Assembly: GCA_046563655.1 (NCBI GenBank)
Contig: CM102286.1
Span: 3,720,001-3,784,000, forward strand
DNA: 64,000 nucleotides
Direction: 5' to 3'
From: Yuukianura sp. NJ FZ-2021
Lineage: Eukaryota
Notes under the pieces: model-generated
Told to the model about the DNA's origin: nothing
Databases searched by the model: none
The model's input: the letters and a program-made list of their open reading frames with translations, nothing else
In this document: positions 1-13,997 of the stretch, in pieces
Numbering within the stretch: position 1 is the first letter of the stretch
How the letters are laid out: each line of letters starts with the position of its first letter
Program-made: the position numbers and the translations under genes

Positions 1-386
1 AGTAATTATAATTTTTTCAAAGGTTCATCCAATTAAGAAAGTTAATTAAGAACCATTGTTAGCAACTTTAATAGCAAAAATGTGGACTGTAATTAAGATG
101 GGTGTTCTTAAGATTATCGGAACTGGTATTCAATTATATGTGATTTTGTTTTTAATTGGAATGCGAAACGTTTTGAAGCAGTTGTATTTAGTTTGGATGA
201 CCTTGCCCGACCTATTTTTTTAATTTTGCTCGTGGAAACAGCGAAACTAGTTTCTTTTACAATGGAACTAATCGAAACCAAGTTGGATAACCCTGCAGCA
301 TTATCTTATAAATATCACTTGCACGTATCGCTTGGCCAATTTGAAACTCGCTGAAAAGCAAAACCAAACAGTGAGAGTACTGCAAA

Positions 387-2280
387 ATGGCAGACCCTAC
401 TCCGGCAGAGCTCAAAGTCCTGGAGCAGGTAAACTTTTATAAAATTGCTTGAAGTTGTTATGAACATTTTTCTTTTGTTTTAATTTATTTTATACAAAAA
501 ATTTGCTTCCTTAGTTTCGGGAGAAAGTGAGTGATCTGGGACTTGAAAATGCATCTGATCTGTACATGCTGCGCTGGTTGCGAGGTGATTTTCTATAAAC
601 ACTTTTCAGTCACACATTTTTCAAAAAAATTTTTTTTCTATTTTGTTTTGTTCTCACTAACAGCACGAGACTTGAGTATACCCGAATCCGAAGATTTGCT
701 CAGAAAGGTGGAGTTTTCTTAATTTTTTAAATTTTAAACTAATACATAGTTTTGTTTAAGAGTTTCTAATGAATTTGTTTATGATTAGCACTTACAATGG
801 AGAAAGGCAGAAGATGTGGACAACATTTTAGAATGGGTTCCCCCTGAAAATTTTTACGAAGATTATAGGTTTCAAATCACAGGAAGTGACAATGAGGGAC
901 GCCCAAGTAATATTACATTTTTTTATTTTTTACGTCATTAAATTTTTTCAAAAGCTCAAAAACTTACCAAAATTTCAGTCCTTGTTATGGAATTTGGTAA
1001 ATGGGATGTGCGCAAAATCCTGACTTCTGGAAAACCAGGAATGAGGGAAGCATGGTTGAGATACATTGACCTAATGTTTGCAAAAGTTTTCGTAAAAATG
1101 GAAGAGATGTCGTCGAAATGTGGACATGAGGTGACCCAGTGTATTATCATTGTGGACTATGCAGAATTTTCCATGCGCCAACTGTCCTCATTTGCAAGTT
1201 TGTAGTCATAATACTTTATTTTAAAAAAAAATCTTAAATTTTATAATTTTCTTTGAAAATAGGATTTAATGAAGTTTAAAGCTGTGCATCTGCTTCCATA
1301 CTAATTTTTTTCTTCCAGATGTTAGCGCATTTATGGAATGTGCAAAGCGGTTTGAATCCAACTACCCTGAGATATTATATACATTCTACTTTATAAATTG
1401 TGTGTGTAAAATTTAAACCATGCCTGAAAGAAATCCAATGGTTGGAATATATTGTAGAAAATAATTTTTTTTGAAAATACTTTGTTTAGCATTCCGTGTG
1501 GTCCAAGTTTTTGTTTCATTGGTAAAACCGCTTCTGGCAGCAAGAACGGTTGGTAAAATTGAAGTGTACACAACACCAGACAAATGGCTTCCAGTGCTTA
1601 CATCGCGTCTTCCAAAAGATCAGCTTCCATTGGAACTTGGAGGCACGCAAACTGGACAGAACGTAAATTTAAAATTTTTCAACAAAATAAAAACTTTAAT
1701 CTCTATTCTGTTTCCATCCTTTCTTAAAAAATTGTATGCTTTGTATAGGTTTCTACTGAAAAATCAACGAAATTACACACTGCGCAAACGAATGAAGACA
1801 AAATGTCATCAGTCAAAATTTCGGCGGGAGAAATTCATAAATTAGAAATCCCTGTGCCAAAGCCTAAAAGCATACTGAGGTAACATAATTGTACTTGCTC
1901 GGTTCGGAAACTCATTTTTTTTAGTTTCATTGAAATTGAAGTTTGTATGTTTATATTATATTTTGTTTCGTCAGTTGGGCATTTCAACCGGAAGCTCACA
2001 ATATCGGGTTCTCAGTCCATTTAGAGACGATTGAAGTTATTAAGATGCAACGTTATGAAGTGAGCAGAGGTCAAGTAACAGGAGCGTTAACTTGTGATGT
2101 CCCAGGAAATTGTACGCAAAAGTTTGTCCTAGTGTTAGATTGATTCTGTTTTACCAAAACATTTTTTTGATCATTTTAGACAAATTGCACTTTGACAACA
2201 GCTACAGTCGAATGCGAAGCAAAACGGTTTTCTACAATGTCGAGGTCATTGAACCTCAAATCAACGAAGAGTCTAATTAA
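387..2280 (+). CDS. SEC14-like lipid-binding protein with CRAL-TRIO and C-terminal GOLD domains, copy 1 (multi-exon)
   Basis: ATG 387 (MADPTPAELKVLEQ|gt). Spliced exons give FREKV..DLYMLRWLRARD (CRAL-TRIO N), ECAKRFESNYPEILY and KDQLPLELGG. GOLD-type end LHFDNSYSRMRSKTVFYNVEVIEP, TAA at 2280. Confidence 0.9.
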
Positions 2281-3252
2281 GAATATTGCCATTTACTCAA
2301 ATTGGAAGCGAAATCAAGTTGAATTTTAGAATTAAAAATTTTGAAGTCGAATTGCTCTCGGGTTTTGAATTTTTTTTGTCACTGCGTTACTTGATGGTTG
2401 CTTTGCTTTGACACGTTTCTGTTAAAAATCTTCCGTAAGTTGTTAAGTAATACCGTAAGTTGAGCATGTGTCTGCGAAACTCAATCCACCCTGAAAACGT
2501 AAAAATTGTCAAATCTTTGGCAAAAATTCTTTGTTAAATTGGTTATAAATGCAATATGAGTTTGTTCAGAAATTCATTGAATTCTTTAGGAACCATTCTA
2601 CGTTATCCTTCATTAATAAACTCCTAAAAATCACCTGGTGACAATTAAATTTGGATTATGATTGATTTCGTTATCTTTCAAAATAATCACCAAAAATGAG
2701 ACCAAAGATATAATTTGGAAGCCTGTTTCGAAGAAGAAACGATCAGTCAGACACTATCGCTCACAGTCATACTTCGGTTCGTCACAAAATCGATGGGACA
2801 ATTGAGTACAATCTACCAAAGAGGATAAACAATTTATAATGTAAGAGTTTTACGTAACCAATTCAAAGACAAAGTAAAAAATTATTGGGATACTTTATAT
2901 GATTAAAACAAATATTGTGAATAATAGTAAAAAGAAACTGGCAAAAATCAAATTGTCACTATTTTCATAGCCTCAGTAAATTTCATAATGCGGTAATGCG
3001 GTTATAAGTTGCCAACTCTGTTCCACAAATTATACGCAATACTGGACGACCTCGTCAAGAGTAATTTTTGTATAATTTCTTCATTTCATGGAATCTTGAA
3101 TGATAAAAAACCCAGTTTTTTTTTCAGCAGAACTTTACGACGCCAAGTATTGTTGACCCTGCAAACAACATATTCCCGGTATAACTTCCAATAAATAAAT
3201 TCTAACAAAACCGCAAAGACTTCAGAAAACGGAGTAAAAGCAGTCCCGTAAA

Positions 3253-5208
3253 ATGGCAGCACCTACAGCTGAAGAGCTCGAAGTCGTGAAACAGGTAAAT
3301 TAAGATACAAAGTAACCTTGTTTGTATATTTAATTTTTGAAGATGGGGTAATTTTTTTTCGACAAACTTTTCTCTTCAGTTTCGAGAGAAAGTGAAGGAC
3401 CTAGGCCTTGAAAATGCAACTGATTTATACATGTTGCGTTGGCTGCGAGGTGAGTTTTGATACCTTATTTTTGTAATAAAGTTTTCCAAATTTGATTTTT
3501 TCTGCAAATTCTCTGTCGTTGTGTAATAGCACGAGACTTCAATATATCTGCATCAGAAGATATGCTCAGAAAGGTAGTTATTTGTATTTGTTTTGGATTT
3601 GGTTCAGAGTTTCCTTTTTGAATTTTTGATTACTAGCACATACAATTTAGAAAGGATCAAAATTTGGACAAAATTCTGGAATGGGTTCCACCAGAAAGTT
3701 TTAATGCAGACGCCAGCTATAAAATTATAGGCAACGACGACGAAGGACATCCAAGTAATATTTTTATTTTTAAACCAACAAAGGTGGTCAATTTTGAAAA
3801 AAAAAAATCATAAAAGCTCTGCTCCAAATTCAATATGTCATTGGGAAGTATTAAATGTCCAAATTTTGCCAAATTTTCAGTTCTTATCATTCCTTTTGGC
3901 ACATGGGACATACGCAAAATCTTGAATTCTGGAAAACCGGGAATGCGGGATGCTTGGTTAAGAAATGTTGACCAAATGTTTGCTAAAGTTTTCATCAAAA
4001 TGGAAGAGATGTCGCTGAAGTATGGACGTGAAGTCACCCAGTGCGTTATTATTGTGGATCTTACAGATTTTTCCATGCGTCAATTCACCTCATTTGCAAG
4101 TTTGTGAAAAACAAAGTTGTCATTATTTCGTCGCAGATTTTTGAGAGGCAAATCTCAGTATTAGAATTTTCTGTTCGAAAATTTACAAAATTTGAAGCTA
4201 TGTTAAGCACTTTTATTTTACTATTTTTTCTAGATATCAACGTTATTTTGGAATGTGCGAGGCGGTATGAGGCCAACTACCCGGAAATATTATTTGCAAT
4301 CTATTGCATAAATGGTTTGTATAAAACAGTATGCGAAAGGAAAATCTCAGTGTTGCAATATATTGCAAAAACGTTTTTAAAATTAATAGCTTTCCGTGTC
4401 TTCCAAATTTTTTTCGGGATGCTTAAACCACTTCTTTCTCCAAGGACGATCGGTAAAGTAGAAATATACACAACACAAGAAAAATGGCTTCCAGTGCTTA
4501 CATCGCGTCTTCCAAAAGATCAACTTCCTAAGGAACTTGGAGGGACACAGACTGGGCAACAAGTAAGTTTCAACTTGCTGAGCAAAATCAAAATTTCTGT
4601 TGCACTTGTTCCGTAAAAAAAAGTTTCAACTCTGTCTTCAATAGGTTTCTTATTCTTCTGGAACGGCACTCGAATCGGCAAATGCCGAATTTGATGAAGC
4701 AGATATGACGTCCATCAAAATTTCGGCGGGAGGAATTTGTAAATTGGAATTCCCTGTCGCAAGCGCAAATAGCATTTTGAGGTTTACTTTAAAATATTAC
4801 ATCTTGTATTAAAATATTTTTAATTTTCATTTATAAAAAACTATTCTTTTATGTATAGTACTAATTTCTATTTTTCTTGGTAAGTTGGGTTTTTAAACCC
4901 GAAGCTCACGACATAGGATTCTCAGTGTATTTTGGGATCAATGAACTCGTTGAATTGAAGCGGTACGAAGCCAACGGGGGGCTAATAACGGGAACCGTTA
5001 CTTGCGATACGACAGGAGAATGTAAGCAAAAATTTTATCACACGTTTAAAATTAACTACGACTGAATTTTTTTTTCGACTAAAAACTTTTTTTTTCATTT
5101 CTTAAAGATACGCTGCATTTTGACAACAGTTATAGTAGAATGCGATCAAAGACGGTGTTGTACAATATCGAGGTCATTGAACCTCAAATGAGCATAGAAC
5201 TGGGCTAA
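3253..5208 (+). CDS. SEC14-like CRAL-TRIO/GOLD protein, copy 2 (tandem paralog)
   Basis: ATG 3253 (MAAPTAEELEVVKQ|gt). Same intron positions as copy 1. Motifs RRYEANYPEILF, KDQLPKELGG and LHFDNSYSRMRSKTVLYNIEVIEP; TAA at 5208. Confidence 0.9.
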
Positions 5209-5705
5209 GAACAACGTTAATCATTGCTGGAATTGGAAATACTAAATAAAATTTTTTTGAATTCTAGATTCAAAACCTTTGACCTGGAACACATTATTTC
5301 TGTGTTGATTTTGAGCTAGTCTAATTTTTTGAATTTATTGTAAATGGATTTGTTTTTCAAAATTTCGCTGGTTTGTATGAGTGTCAAATTGATCGTATTT
5401 GAAAGTCGTTCTATTCTGAAAATCTAAAGGCCAAATGCAAGTTTTATATTTGCAGTCAATTTTCATGTCCAATGATCTTGACCAATAACACTCGTGTGGT
5501 AAATTTTGCCAAATACATACGTTTAGGTAATACTTCTATGCTACTCGAAAATGTTATCAAATTTTTAGTTTAAACACAAAACTAGAAAAAGGTTTTACCG
5601 CAGACAACTCACAATAAGCTGTTCCTTTTTTTAAGTTTAGTTTTTCGTTTGACTTTTCAAATGTAGTTTTCTATATTTTGAACGCCAAACTTTTAAACAT
5701 TAAAA

Positions 5706-7037
5706 ATGATTCCAAATCAGGCACTAGAAATTTTGATTCAGTTTGTCAACTTCGGTGACACTTTTTTAATCAGTCCCATTGGCTGGGATAGGCGAAAGGA
5801 AGAGTATGTAGTTTCTAAAGCACGACTTTTTAAAATTTCATCTAAAGTTACTTTAGCTCTAGGGTGGAAATCTGTCATTTTTGGTCTCCTAGTTGTCCAT
5901 ACTATTTTCTTGTCTATGCTGTGGCTGCCATTTGTAATTTGGGGTGAACATATTTCATTAATCGACGTTTCATTCGCTGCACTAATTACCGCAATTTTGG
6001 CGTTTACAATTGCAACTGAATTGTTCTACCTGTTTCAAGCGACAAGTTTTCACAATTTTCTGAACAGTGCACTGGATTTGAACCGAAAACTGGGTAATTA
6101 AATTGACAATTTTTTTTTACTACAATAAGCAAAAACAAAAAAAAACACACAAAAAAAAGGCTGACTTTGATGTTTTCGAGCATTGTGTTTTAGCAATTAG
6201 GCGAAGGCTACAATGCAATTCTGTGCATGTCACTTCAATTTTCTTTTTTAATTTGTGGTACTTTCATTGTTTGAAAAAATACTAGGATTTCCAACATTGA
6301 AGACGAACTTGTACCTACTAATCATGTGTTGCGCCGTAACGTCCAGTTTTTGTTCAATTGCTGGAATGTACATTCTGTTCCCTCTGGACCCTGTATTCAT
6401 GCGTCTCTGGAACATGCTGTACAATTGGACCGGACTACCCGGCTTGCGCGCTGTTCATTCCACAATTATTGGGATCTTGGCCGGAATATTTTGGTTTGAA
6501 CATCTCCTCTTTATTTTATCCCTAATATTTTTCCAATCCTGTTCAAAATTTTGGTTTGAAAATACTATCCATTCTGTTGGAAATGGCGGAAAACTGGAGC
6601 ATTTAAAACATCCACTTCACCACTACCAAGCACAAGCCATTTTGAATAAGATTGGAAACGAGGCTGTCCGTGTCATTGCTCCAATTTCAGCCACTTGCAT
6701 TTTGGCCATCCACATTTGGTCTCTATTTGTCAGTATCCGACACTGGAAGCAAGTTCCAGTTTTCATTGTTGGTTTGGTGTTGATACTGGCTATGCTTGCT
6801 TACTTGACTCATTGGATCACAAATGTGCTGGGAATCAATGGCAACTATTCGGAAAAGTACATTGAAGTTCAGAAGCGGAGTTTAGGTGTGTCAAGGCTAC
6901 AAAAAAGGCGTGTCCTTGGACTGGCTCCATTTTATTGGAAATTGGGTGGTGTTTGTAGGTTTAGGAAGGAATCGTACTTTAGAGTTGTTAAGGATGTTGT
7001 CATTGTCGTTGTTGTAAACATGTTAGTTGCATTTTAA
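5706..7037 (+). CDS. Divergent multi-pass membrane protein, gustatory-receptor-like chemoreceptor (~380 aa, 2 exons)
   Basis: Exons 5706-6093 and 6286-7037 join in frame across a GT..AG intron (KLG|FPTLK). About 7 hydrophobic segments, a basic loop before a hydrophobic C-terminus (VVIVVVVNMLVAF). Family call rests on architecture and size only. Confidence 0.55.
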
Positions 7038-7115
7038 ATTTCAAAATGTTGATAGAATAGGAAAAATTCAAGCTAGGTAGTGTAATGTACCAACTTAGAA
7101 AAATGAGAAAAATTG

Positions 7116-10100
7116 TTAGTTGTAAAACAAAATAAAGGACTTAATTTCCATTGGCTGCAACTCTATAGTTTCGTCCATTTCATTGAACGGAACAATTTTG
7201 ACGTTGGATTCTGCGCTGGTCAATTTTTCATTATCGTTTGGCTTCCAGGACATTCGCTGCGTCTCATTCTTCCATGTGTTGCCTCCCATTGTAGTTTCCC
7301 GCATACTCACACAACCGAAAATTTCTTTGATCGCCTAATACATCAATTACTTGTTTAAAATATAGAAACTGCAATAAAAATTTGTGAAATTCGTCCCAAA
7401 CCTTCTGCATAAAATTTACCTGGACAAAAATGACTGCTTTTTTGGAAAGTATTGGATCTTCACCAACTTCGTAAAAGTGTTCCAATCTCAACAAAGCCGT
7501 AAATTCCGACAACTTTTCGAACGTGAGAAGATGTACATTCGGGTGGCTGGATGAAAGTGACTTCATGTTCTAGGGAAAAAAACATGTTTGAAGGTATTGT
7601 TATTTAAATTTTTGGAAATATTTTTATCCACCAGCAATGACACAGTTTTGGAGGGCAAATTCTCCAACATTTCGTTTGTATCGGTCATCAGTTGGTCAGA
7701 AAGGGCACGGCTGCTTTTCTGCGAAACTGGTTCAAACGTAAGTAGAGGACTGCGGTATATTTCCTGTCCCATTTTTCGATGAATTGAACTTGGTAAGCCT
7801 GGTATGAAATCAAGATTGCACAAGTTTTGAAAAATTGTTCTAAATTTTTCTTAATATTGACTTACCCGTGCCTTCGCCAGCGAGAACAAGCCAATGCTTT
7901 CCTCGAATTACCAAACCTTCCCCATACGCAGTTTCGTTCAAGGCTTCTCCTACGCCGAATCCATCGTCAACTAGAAGTCGTCGATGAAGCTGATTATCAA
8001 ATTCAAAATCAAATTACGAAAAAAAAATTACTCGGAACAACATTTTCAAAAGTTTACCATCAGCTCCATTTCTCCGTCTTGAATGGAACTTCCGCCTTGC
8101 GTTCGATCGTTCATCAAAATCAGCGTTTTCCCGCCAGAATTCGGACTGTTTTTGTTCTCCGTAAGAATCATGCGTGAATTGACCGGGTAATAATTTCCGG
8201 CAACAGGTTCGTATACCTGTGAAATAGAAACCAATTCTAAATTATATATTATGCAATATAAATATATCAAATTATTTAGTTTTTTGCATATAAAAGTTAC
8301 CTGATATTCCCATGTGGGTCGAACATTTCTTTCTCGTTTTAAAATTTCACGTCCATTTGAATCTGTATAGAAGACGCCTTCCGTTTTCAAATCCGTGGTG
8401 TACTTTGTTATAACTTCTTTACCAACATTATCCCTGGAACCAAAAAAAGAAATTCCACCGTTCCAGTTTCAAATGGAAGTTAGAATGTGAAGGGCTCAAA
8501 CATTTCAGAATTCTGATCTCATAAAATAACAATTTAAACAAACTAAATTTAAAGTGTATGGAAGTTACGTGACTGGAATTGGGCCTATGAGGTACTCAAA
8601 TTCAATAGAATCCGAATTTTCGTAGAGTCGAATTACTTGGCTCACCCAACTGGAAAATTGTTGATGTATTTCTGTAACATGTAACCCTGCCAAGAACGAC
8701 AAAATTTTCAATCAATCTCAAGAAGATCCGCGTAGGTGTAACCAATTACTTCAAAAGTTGCACCAGGCACTTAGATAAATGACAAAGATGGTGGGAAAAT
8801 GTCATTTTCAAATGTACTTCTGAACGTACCTTGCTCGATTGAGTACGTGGCTTTCGGAGATACTGGAATCGGTATGGACCCGTTTGGTCGAAAGATGTAG
8901 GCTCCTGAACTCTGAGTCTCCGGATTTTGATCATGTCCGTTTGCTCCAGTGTAAAAGTAAAAATTCTGGGAAAGTTTAATTTCAACTGGAACTTCGTTGG
9001 CGCTTCTTTTTCTATCAATTCCACAAATCAACCCGGTCTCTGAATCCAGTGTCATTTCGAGTCCCTGTGGAACAAAAGGCGTTCCTGTATTAATCATTTT
9101 ACTAAATGCAGATTTGAAAAAAATTTCAACAAAAGGAACAAAAAATTTGAAATTCTTTTCATAGAAATTCTGAATTCCGTTTTCACTAACAAAGGTATTC
9201 GTCCAAGACTAATTAAAAGAGGTTTAAAAAGTCAAGTTCTTGCCTTATTATTGGAAAATTTGATTTTTGAACCACGCATGCGTTGCTGCCTGTTAGTTCC
9301 TGGTTGGAATCGTGGAGAATGCCTGGGGATGTCATTTCGCTGTAGGCGGGAAACCTCAACTGTTTGAATGCTCAAAGGTGGAAGTATATCAATCGGAATT
9401 ACAAGCTCAGCATGAGCTGAACTGTGTCTTCCAGGAATTGAGAAAACGGCGTCTGGAAGTGGCACTACTTGTGTTGGAAGAACATCACCTACAATTTCGA
9501 AAAGAAAATGAGAAATATATTTTTTAATGCTTGTGCTTTAGATTATAAAAGTTGGAAATAAAAAAAAATCATTTTCCACTGATGATTTTTTTTCTAAACA
9601 TTTGAGATCAAAAATTTCCGTTGCCCCACGTATTTTGTGATTAAAGAAATGCTTGTACGCTTTGAAAACTGAAAACGATTGAAGTTTAAGTTAATTATGT
9701 ACAACAGTGTTGGACTATTTTTTACCGTGTGGCCCATGGACTTCCCATGTTTCAGAAGACACTGGAACACGGATGAAAGTATTTTGAAGTTTCCATGCAA
9801 GGGGATTGACAATGTGGATTTTGAAGTTCGGCTGCCTTTCAGACACTTGACAAGCGCTGATGTTGAGCTGATGACAAAATTTAATGTCTTGGACCGAGTT
9901 GACCACGTTTGTAGCCCTCTCCCGCCTAATTTCATTTCCTTCTGATGCTCCAGAACGCCGTGGACCATAACTCCTTTGATCCTCATTTCCAATAAGCTCT
10001 CTTTTAGGTAACACAAAAGTAAAAGTAAAAAAAAAGTTTTCCAAAGGAAATATAACAAGTGCAAGCAAGTATGAAACTGTGTGCTGGAAGTTTTTTTTTC

Positions 10101-11825
10101 CCACATGGTGACTTACTTCATTCGACTTCCAATTACTTCTTCACATGCTTCAATGCCTTTGCTCAGGCGCAGAGCGTAGTCGAAAGTGACATGTTGTTTG
10201 GCAGTTCCTGAAACGGCATCATGATGCTGGGCTACAGCCATTGCTTCTGCCAGTATAAATACCTTCTCCTGCGTTTCTTCACTGTACGCACCATCTACTG
10301 CTGCAAAAACTTTACAAAGTTGAAGAAAATTGTTGGTTTGATGAATGAAAAATTTCAGGGCAGGACGAGACGTAAAGTAACCAGTCCAGAAGGAATGATT
10401 GCTGCTGGCATACGGGAAGAAATCATCACGTTTTACTTGTAGCGCAACTCCGGCTTTGTTGACTTCTTTCAAGTAACAGGATGGAGTGGAGTAAATCAAA
10501 TTCAATTTGAAATTTCCTTCGAAACTTCCGTGCGCATTGATATTTCTGAAGAAATTTAGCACAATAACTTAGGATTGGCATTAATTGGAATTAGTTCCAA
10601 CTAAAAGTGACTTACGCAATAAGTTTGTCCAAATTCTTGTACCAAGTTCTAGCAGCCATGTACTGGAAATCTGATCCCATCGTCATTAAAATGTTATTTG
10701 TTTTGTACACTGAAGCCCAATCTTTTGCAGCATTCGCAAAACTTTGTATCTCTTGGTCCACATTGTATCCAAGAAGCTTTGGATCGTCCATGATTGGATC
10801 TTCACAGTTTATGTCCCAGCAAAATCCGCTCGGTGGATTGTATCCATTGAACAAAACACCAGTAAAAAGCCATGAGCTTTGGCCTGGAGTTACAAAAGAA
10901 AATGTAATATGAACCCAGTACATTAGTTGCTTAGTGTTAATTTTAACGGAATTAATACCAAGATTTCTCGGACTGCCACTCCAAATCATTTCCATATTTT
11001 TTGACGTTTCTCTGAAATCCTTATCTTGGTAATCCAATCTGCCAAAAAATAATCCGTCAAATCCCATTTTGGCAAACAAAGACGCCTGTTCTCTGGAATG
11101 CCCAAAAGGATCAATTTGCCAAGCTACTCGCGGAACTCCACATGATCCAAACGTCGTGTTCAAAAATCTTAAAAAAAATACAAGTAAAATTGGTAATCTA
11201 ACTTAACTCAACAAGCAGCATAACAAATGATTACCGAAGTCCTAAGCTCATCTGGTCAATGATTTCATTGTAGTGAGCAGTGGCTTCGTCGTTCATGCAC
11301 CATCCGCCATTGATAAATTCAAGTTGCCCAGATTCCACCAACGATTTTACCAAATTTTGTTTTTGTGCGTTCTGATTGGTCCACCATCGCCAGAAAAATC
11401 CGGTTTCAACGTAGATGAATCTACGGTTAGGATCTTTCACCAGTTCATCTACTACCGAATCCAGAATGTACTGAACAGCGGCCTGTTGAATGGAATTGTT
11501 AGCGCCGTAGTAATATTGGTCAACAGTTTTTAGCCATCCCATGTCATCGTGGGAATGTGGAACAAGATGGACGTTCAAATGCCCATCTTTCACAGCGGGA
11601 CAACTCTAAAGAAGTAATCGTTAACATGAGATTCAACGAAGCGTCATCGTTAGTAAAATACAAAAATGAAAAAAAAAATATCACACTTTTCAAATCCTGT
11701 ATTGCAGAAGTGAAGTTAAAAATTAAAGAGCTGTGATTAGTTTTCACCTCATATCCGCATATTGATGCCGAAAACGGAACATATACCAACAGTAAAAATA
11801 TTCCTTTTGGAAACAACGTTTCCAT
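7116..11825 (-). CDS. Lysosomal alpha-mannosidase (GH38), multi-exon
   Basis: Signal peptide [24 protein letters not shown]. Zn-binding [17 protein letters not shown], nucleophile motif [34 protein letters not shown] and LLRLEHFYE; ends [11 protein letters not shown]. Confidence 0.95.
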
Positions 11826-12150
11826 ATTCGCAGTTTAAGATTTGTAGAAACCGTTTGTACGTTGTGAAAAAGATTTTAAGCTCAATGTGTTGTGTCGAAC
11901 TGTTCCACAATGCGACTGATTCAACGAAAATGAACTAAATTGGGCATGACCCTGTTATTTTTGGCTTTTTAAGTAAAAAAAACTGTGGGCCAACTCTGCG
12001 TTTTCAGAATAACATTAATCATGTGTAAGAAAAAAAGTGACCCCAAAATTCAAAATTATGGGTAGTAGGCTGTCAACAGAATACATTGGGTTTTTCAAAC
12101 TACTTTTACTTTAAGCCTTACCCCACATAATCGTTACATTATATGAGAAG

Positions 12151-12256
12151 AAAAATTGGTAAAATTTTCAGATTTTTATTCCAACGCTAGGGAGTGCCGC
12201 AACAAAAATTGGTAAAATTTTCAGATTTTTATTCCAACGCTAGGGAGTGCCGCAAC
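12151..12256. repeat. Exact 53-bp direct tandem duplication
   Basis: aaaaattggtaaaattttcagatttttattccaacgctagggagtgccgcaac at 12151-12203 and again at 12204-12256. Confidence 0.95.
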
Positions 12257-12291
12257 GGGATCAACGATTTATATAGGGATAACCTACTTAC

Positions 12292-12891
12292 GGATATGTT
12301 GTGGGTATGTTGCGGGTATGTTGTTGGTATGTTGCGGGTATGTTGTTGGTATGTTGTGGGTTTGTTGTTGGTATGTTGTGGGTATGTTGTTGGTATGTTG
12401 TGGGTATGTTGTTGGTATGTTAAGGGTATGTTGCGGGTATGTTGTTGGTATGTTGTGGGTATGTTGTTGGTATGTTAAGGGTATGTTGCGGGTATGTTGT
12501 TGGTATGTTGTCGGTATGTTGCAGGTATGTTGTTGGTATGTTGTTGGTATATTGTTGGTATGTTGCGGGTATGTTGTGGGTATGTTGCGGGTATGTTGTT
12601 GGTATGTTGCGGGTATGTTGTTGGTATGTTGTTGGTATATTGTGGGTATGTTGTTGGTATGTTGTTGGTATATTGTTGGTATGTTGCGGGTATGTTGTTG
12701 GTATGTTGTGGGTATGTTGCGGGTATGTTGTTGGTATGTTGCGGGTATGTTGTTGGTATATTGTTGGTATGTTGCGGGTATGTTGTGGGTATGTTGCGGG
12801 TATGTTGTTGGTATGTTGCGGGTATGTTCTTGGTATGTTGTTGGTATGTTGTTGGTATATTGTTGGTATGTTGTGGGTATGTTGTGGGTAT
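12292..12891. repeat. 11-bp minisatellite, main variants GTATGTTGTTG / GTATGTTGCGG / GTATGTTGTGG, about 54 units
   Basis: Period visible directly; it produces the 11-aa periodic pseudo-ORFs in several frames. Confidence 0.97.
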
Positions 12892-13908
12892 TTGAGTTTC
12901 AGTTAATTTCAATTTTCTTCATTTCTTTAAGGTGAAACGAAGTTTTGCTTTCCCAACCTAAATTTATGGACTGAAACAAAACAGCTGTAGTTTCTTTCAA
13001 TTTTCAGTTTATTTCATTTATTTCAGTTTCTTTCACTGAAACGAAAAAAGCTACTCTACAGCGAATAACAATAAATAAGAATAAACGGGCTTAGATGCGT
13101 ACATTCTAATAGGGCGTCCATTGCTAATCTGTAACATGTCTGCGGCACCCTTTAGAGTTGAAAAAAAATTCTGAAAATTTTACTGTAATTTTCTTTCATA
13201 TACTGGAACACTTTTATGGGTAAGACTTGGAAAGACTTTACTTTTTGTTCCTGCTGACAGCCTAATGGGTAGGTTCTGTCAACAACAAGATAATTTCAAA
13301 CGACGTATCACAAGAGCAGAGAGGTCAACAAACCAAACCATAGTAGATGCTAACTGAAATAAAAAAAAAACAGCTTCTGAGGACAACGCTTTTTGTGCTG
13401 GTCTTTTAAACAAAACAGAAAATAAATCAAAACTAACATATTAATCTGAAACAATTGCAGGGTGAAATAAAAGTTCATTTCACAAGTGAATTTTTTACAA
13501 AATATATTAAGTAACCCAGACTAATCCAAATGTTTATTCGTACACTACAAGGAATAGACATCCAAAATGTTGGCGTTAACATCTTAAGAACTTTTTGTCA
13601 CTCTCTACAATTAGCCTTTCACTGTATTGCATTATTACAATGTAGATGTAATTACAATGAGCGACAGAGTTTGATGTCGTAACAATCCATTTGCAATGAA
13701 TGGATACATTAAAACATTTTCAAAATAATACCCCAAAATAATATCCATTAAAAGATTGAGTTACAAGAGTAAAGAGTAAGAGGTTTCTGGAGAAATTCTT
13801 TTGTAGCAAAACAATTCGAAAGGAAATAAAAATTATCAGAATAGCACAAAAATGTCAGCGCTCGTCATTGGTGGCATAGAAATCACAGATTTTTTGTCAA
13901 CGAAAACC

Positions 13909-13916
13909 TATATAAA
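13909..13916 (+). promoter_or_regulatory. Candidate TATA box of the PTTH/Trunk-like gene
   Basis: TATATAAA about 90-100 bp upstream of the ATGs at 13998 and 14013. Confidence 0.4.
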
Positions 13917-13997
13917 CCCGGATCTGAGGTATGTGATTTCGCATTTTTCGTTTATTTAGTTTTTCAAATTCCGAGCCTTCTTGGCCTTTTCATTTTC

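Larger units (their letters stand above)
12066..13264. mobile_element. Non-autonomous TIR DNA element (MITE-like) with imperfect ~125-140 bp inverted arms
   Basis: Left end TAGGCTGTCA (12066) and right end TGACAGCCTA (13264). Internal arm matches include cttaccc/gggtaag, gtaaaattttcaga/tctgaaaattttac and gtgccgca/tgcggcac. TA flanks both ends; no transposase ORF. Confidence 0.7.

Noticed and set aside
12194..12935. Cys/Val-rich and Thr/Pro/Gln-rich repetitive ORFs; CRISPR-like look
   Set aside because: Products of the 11-bp minisatellite, open in many frames; there are no unique spacers.
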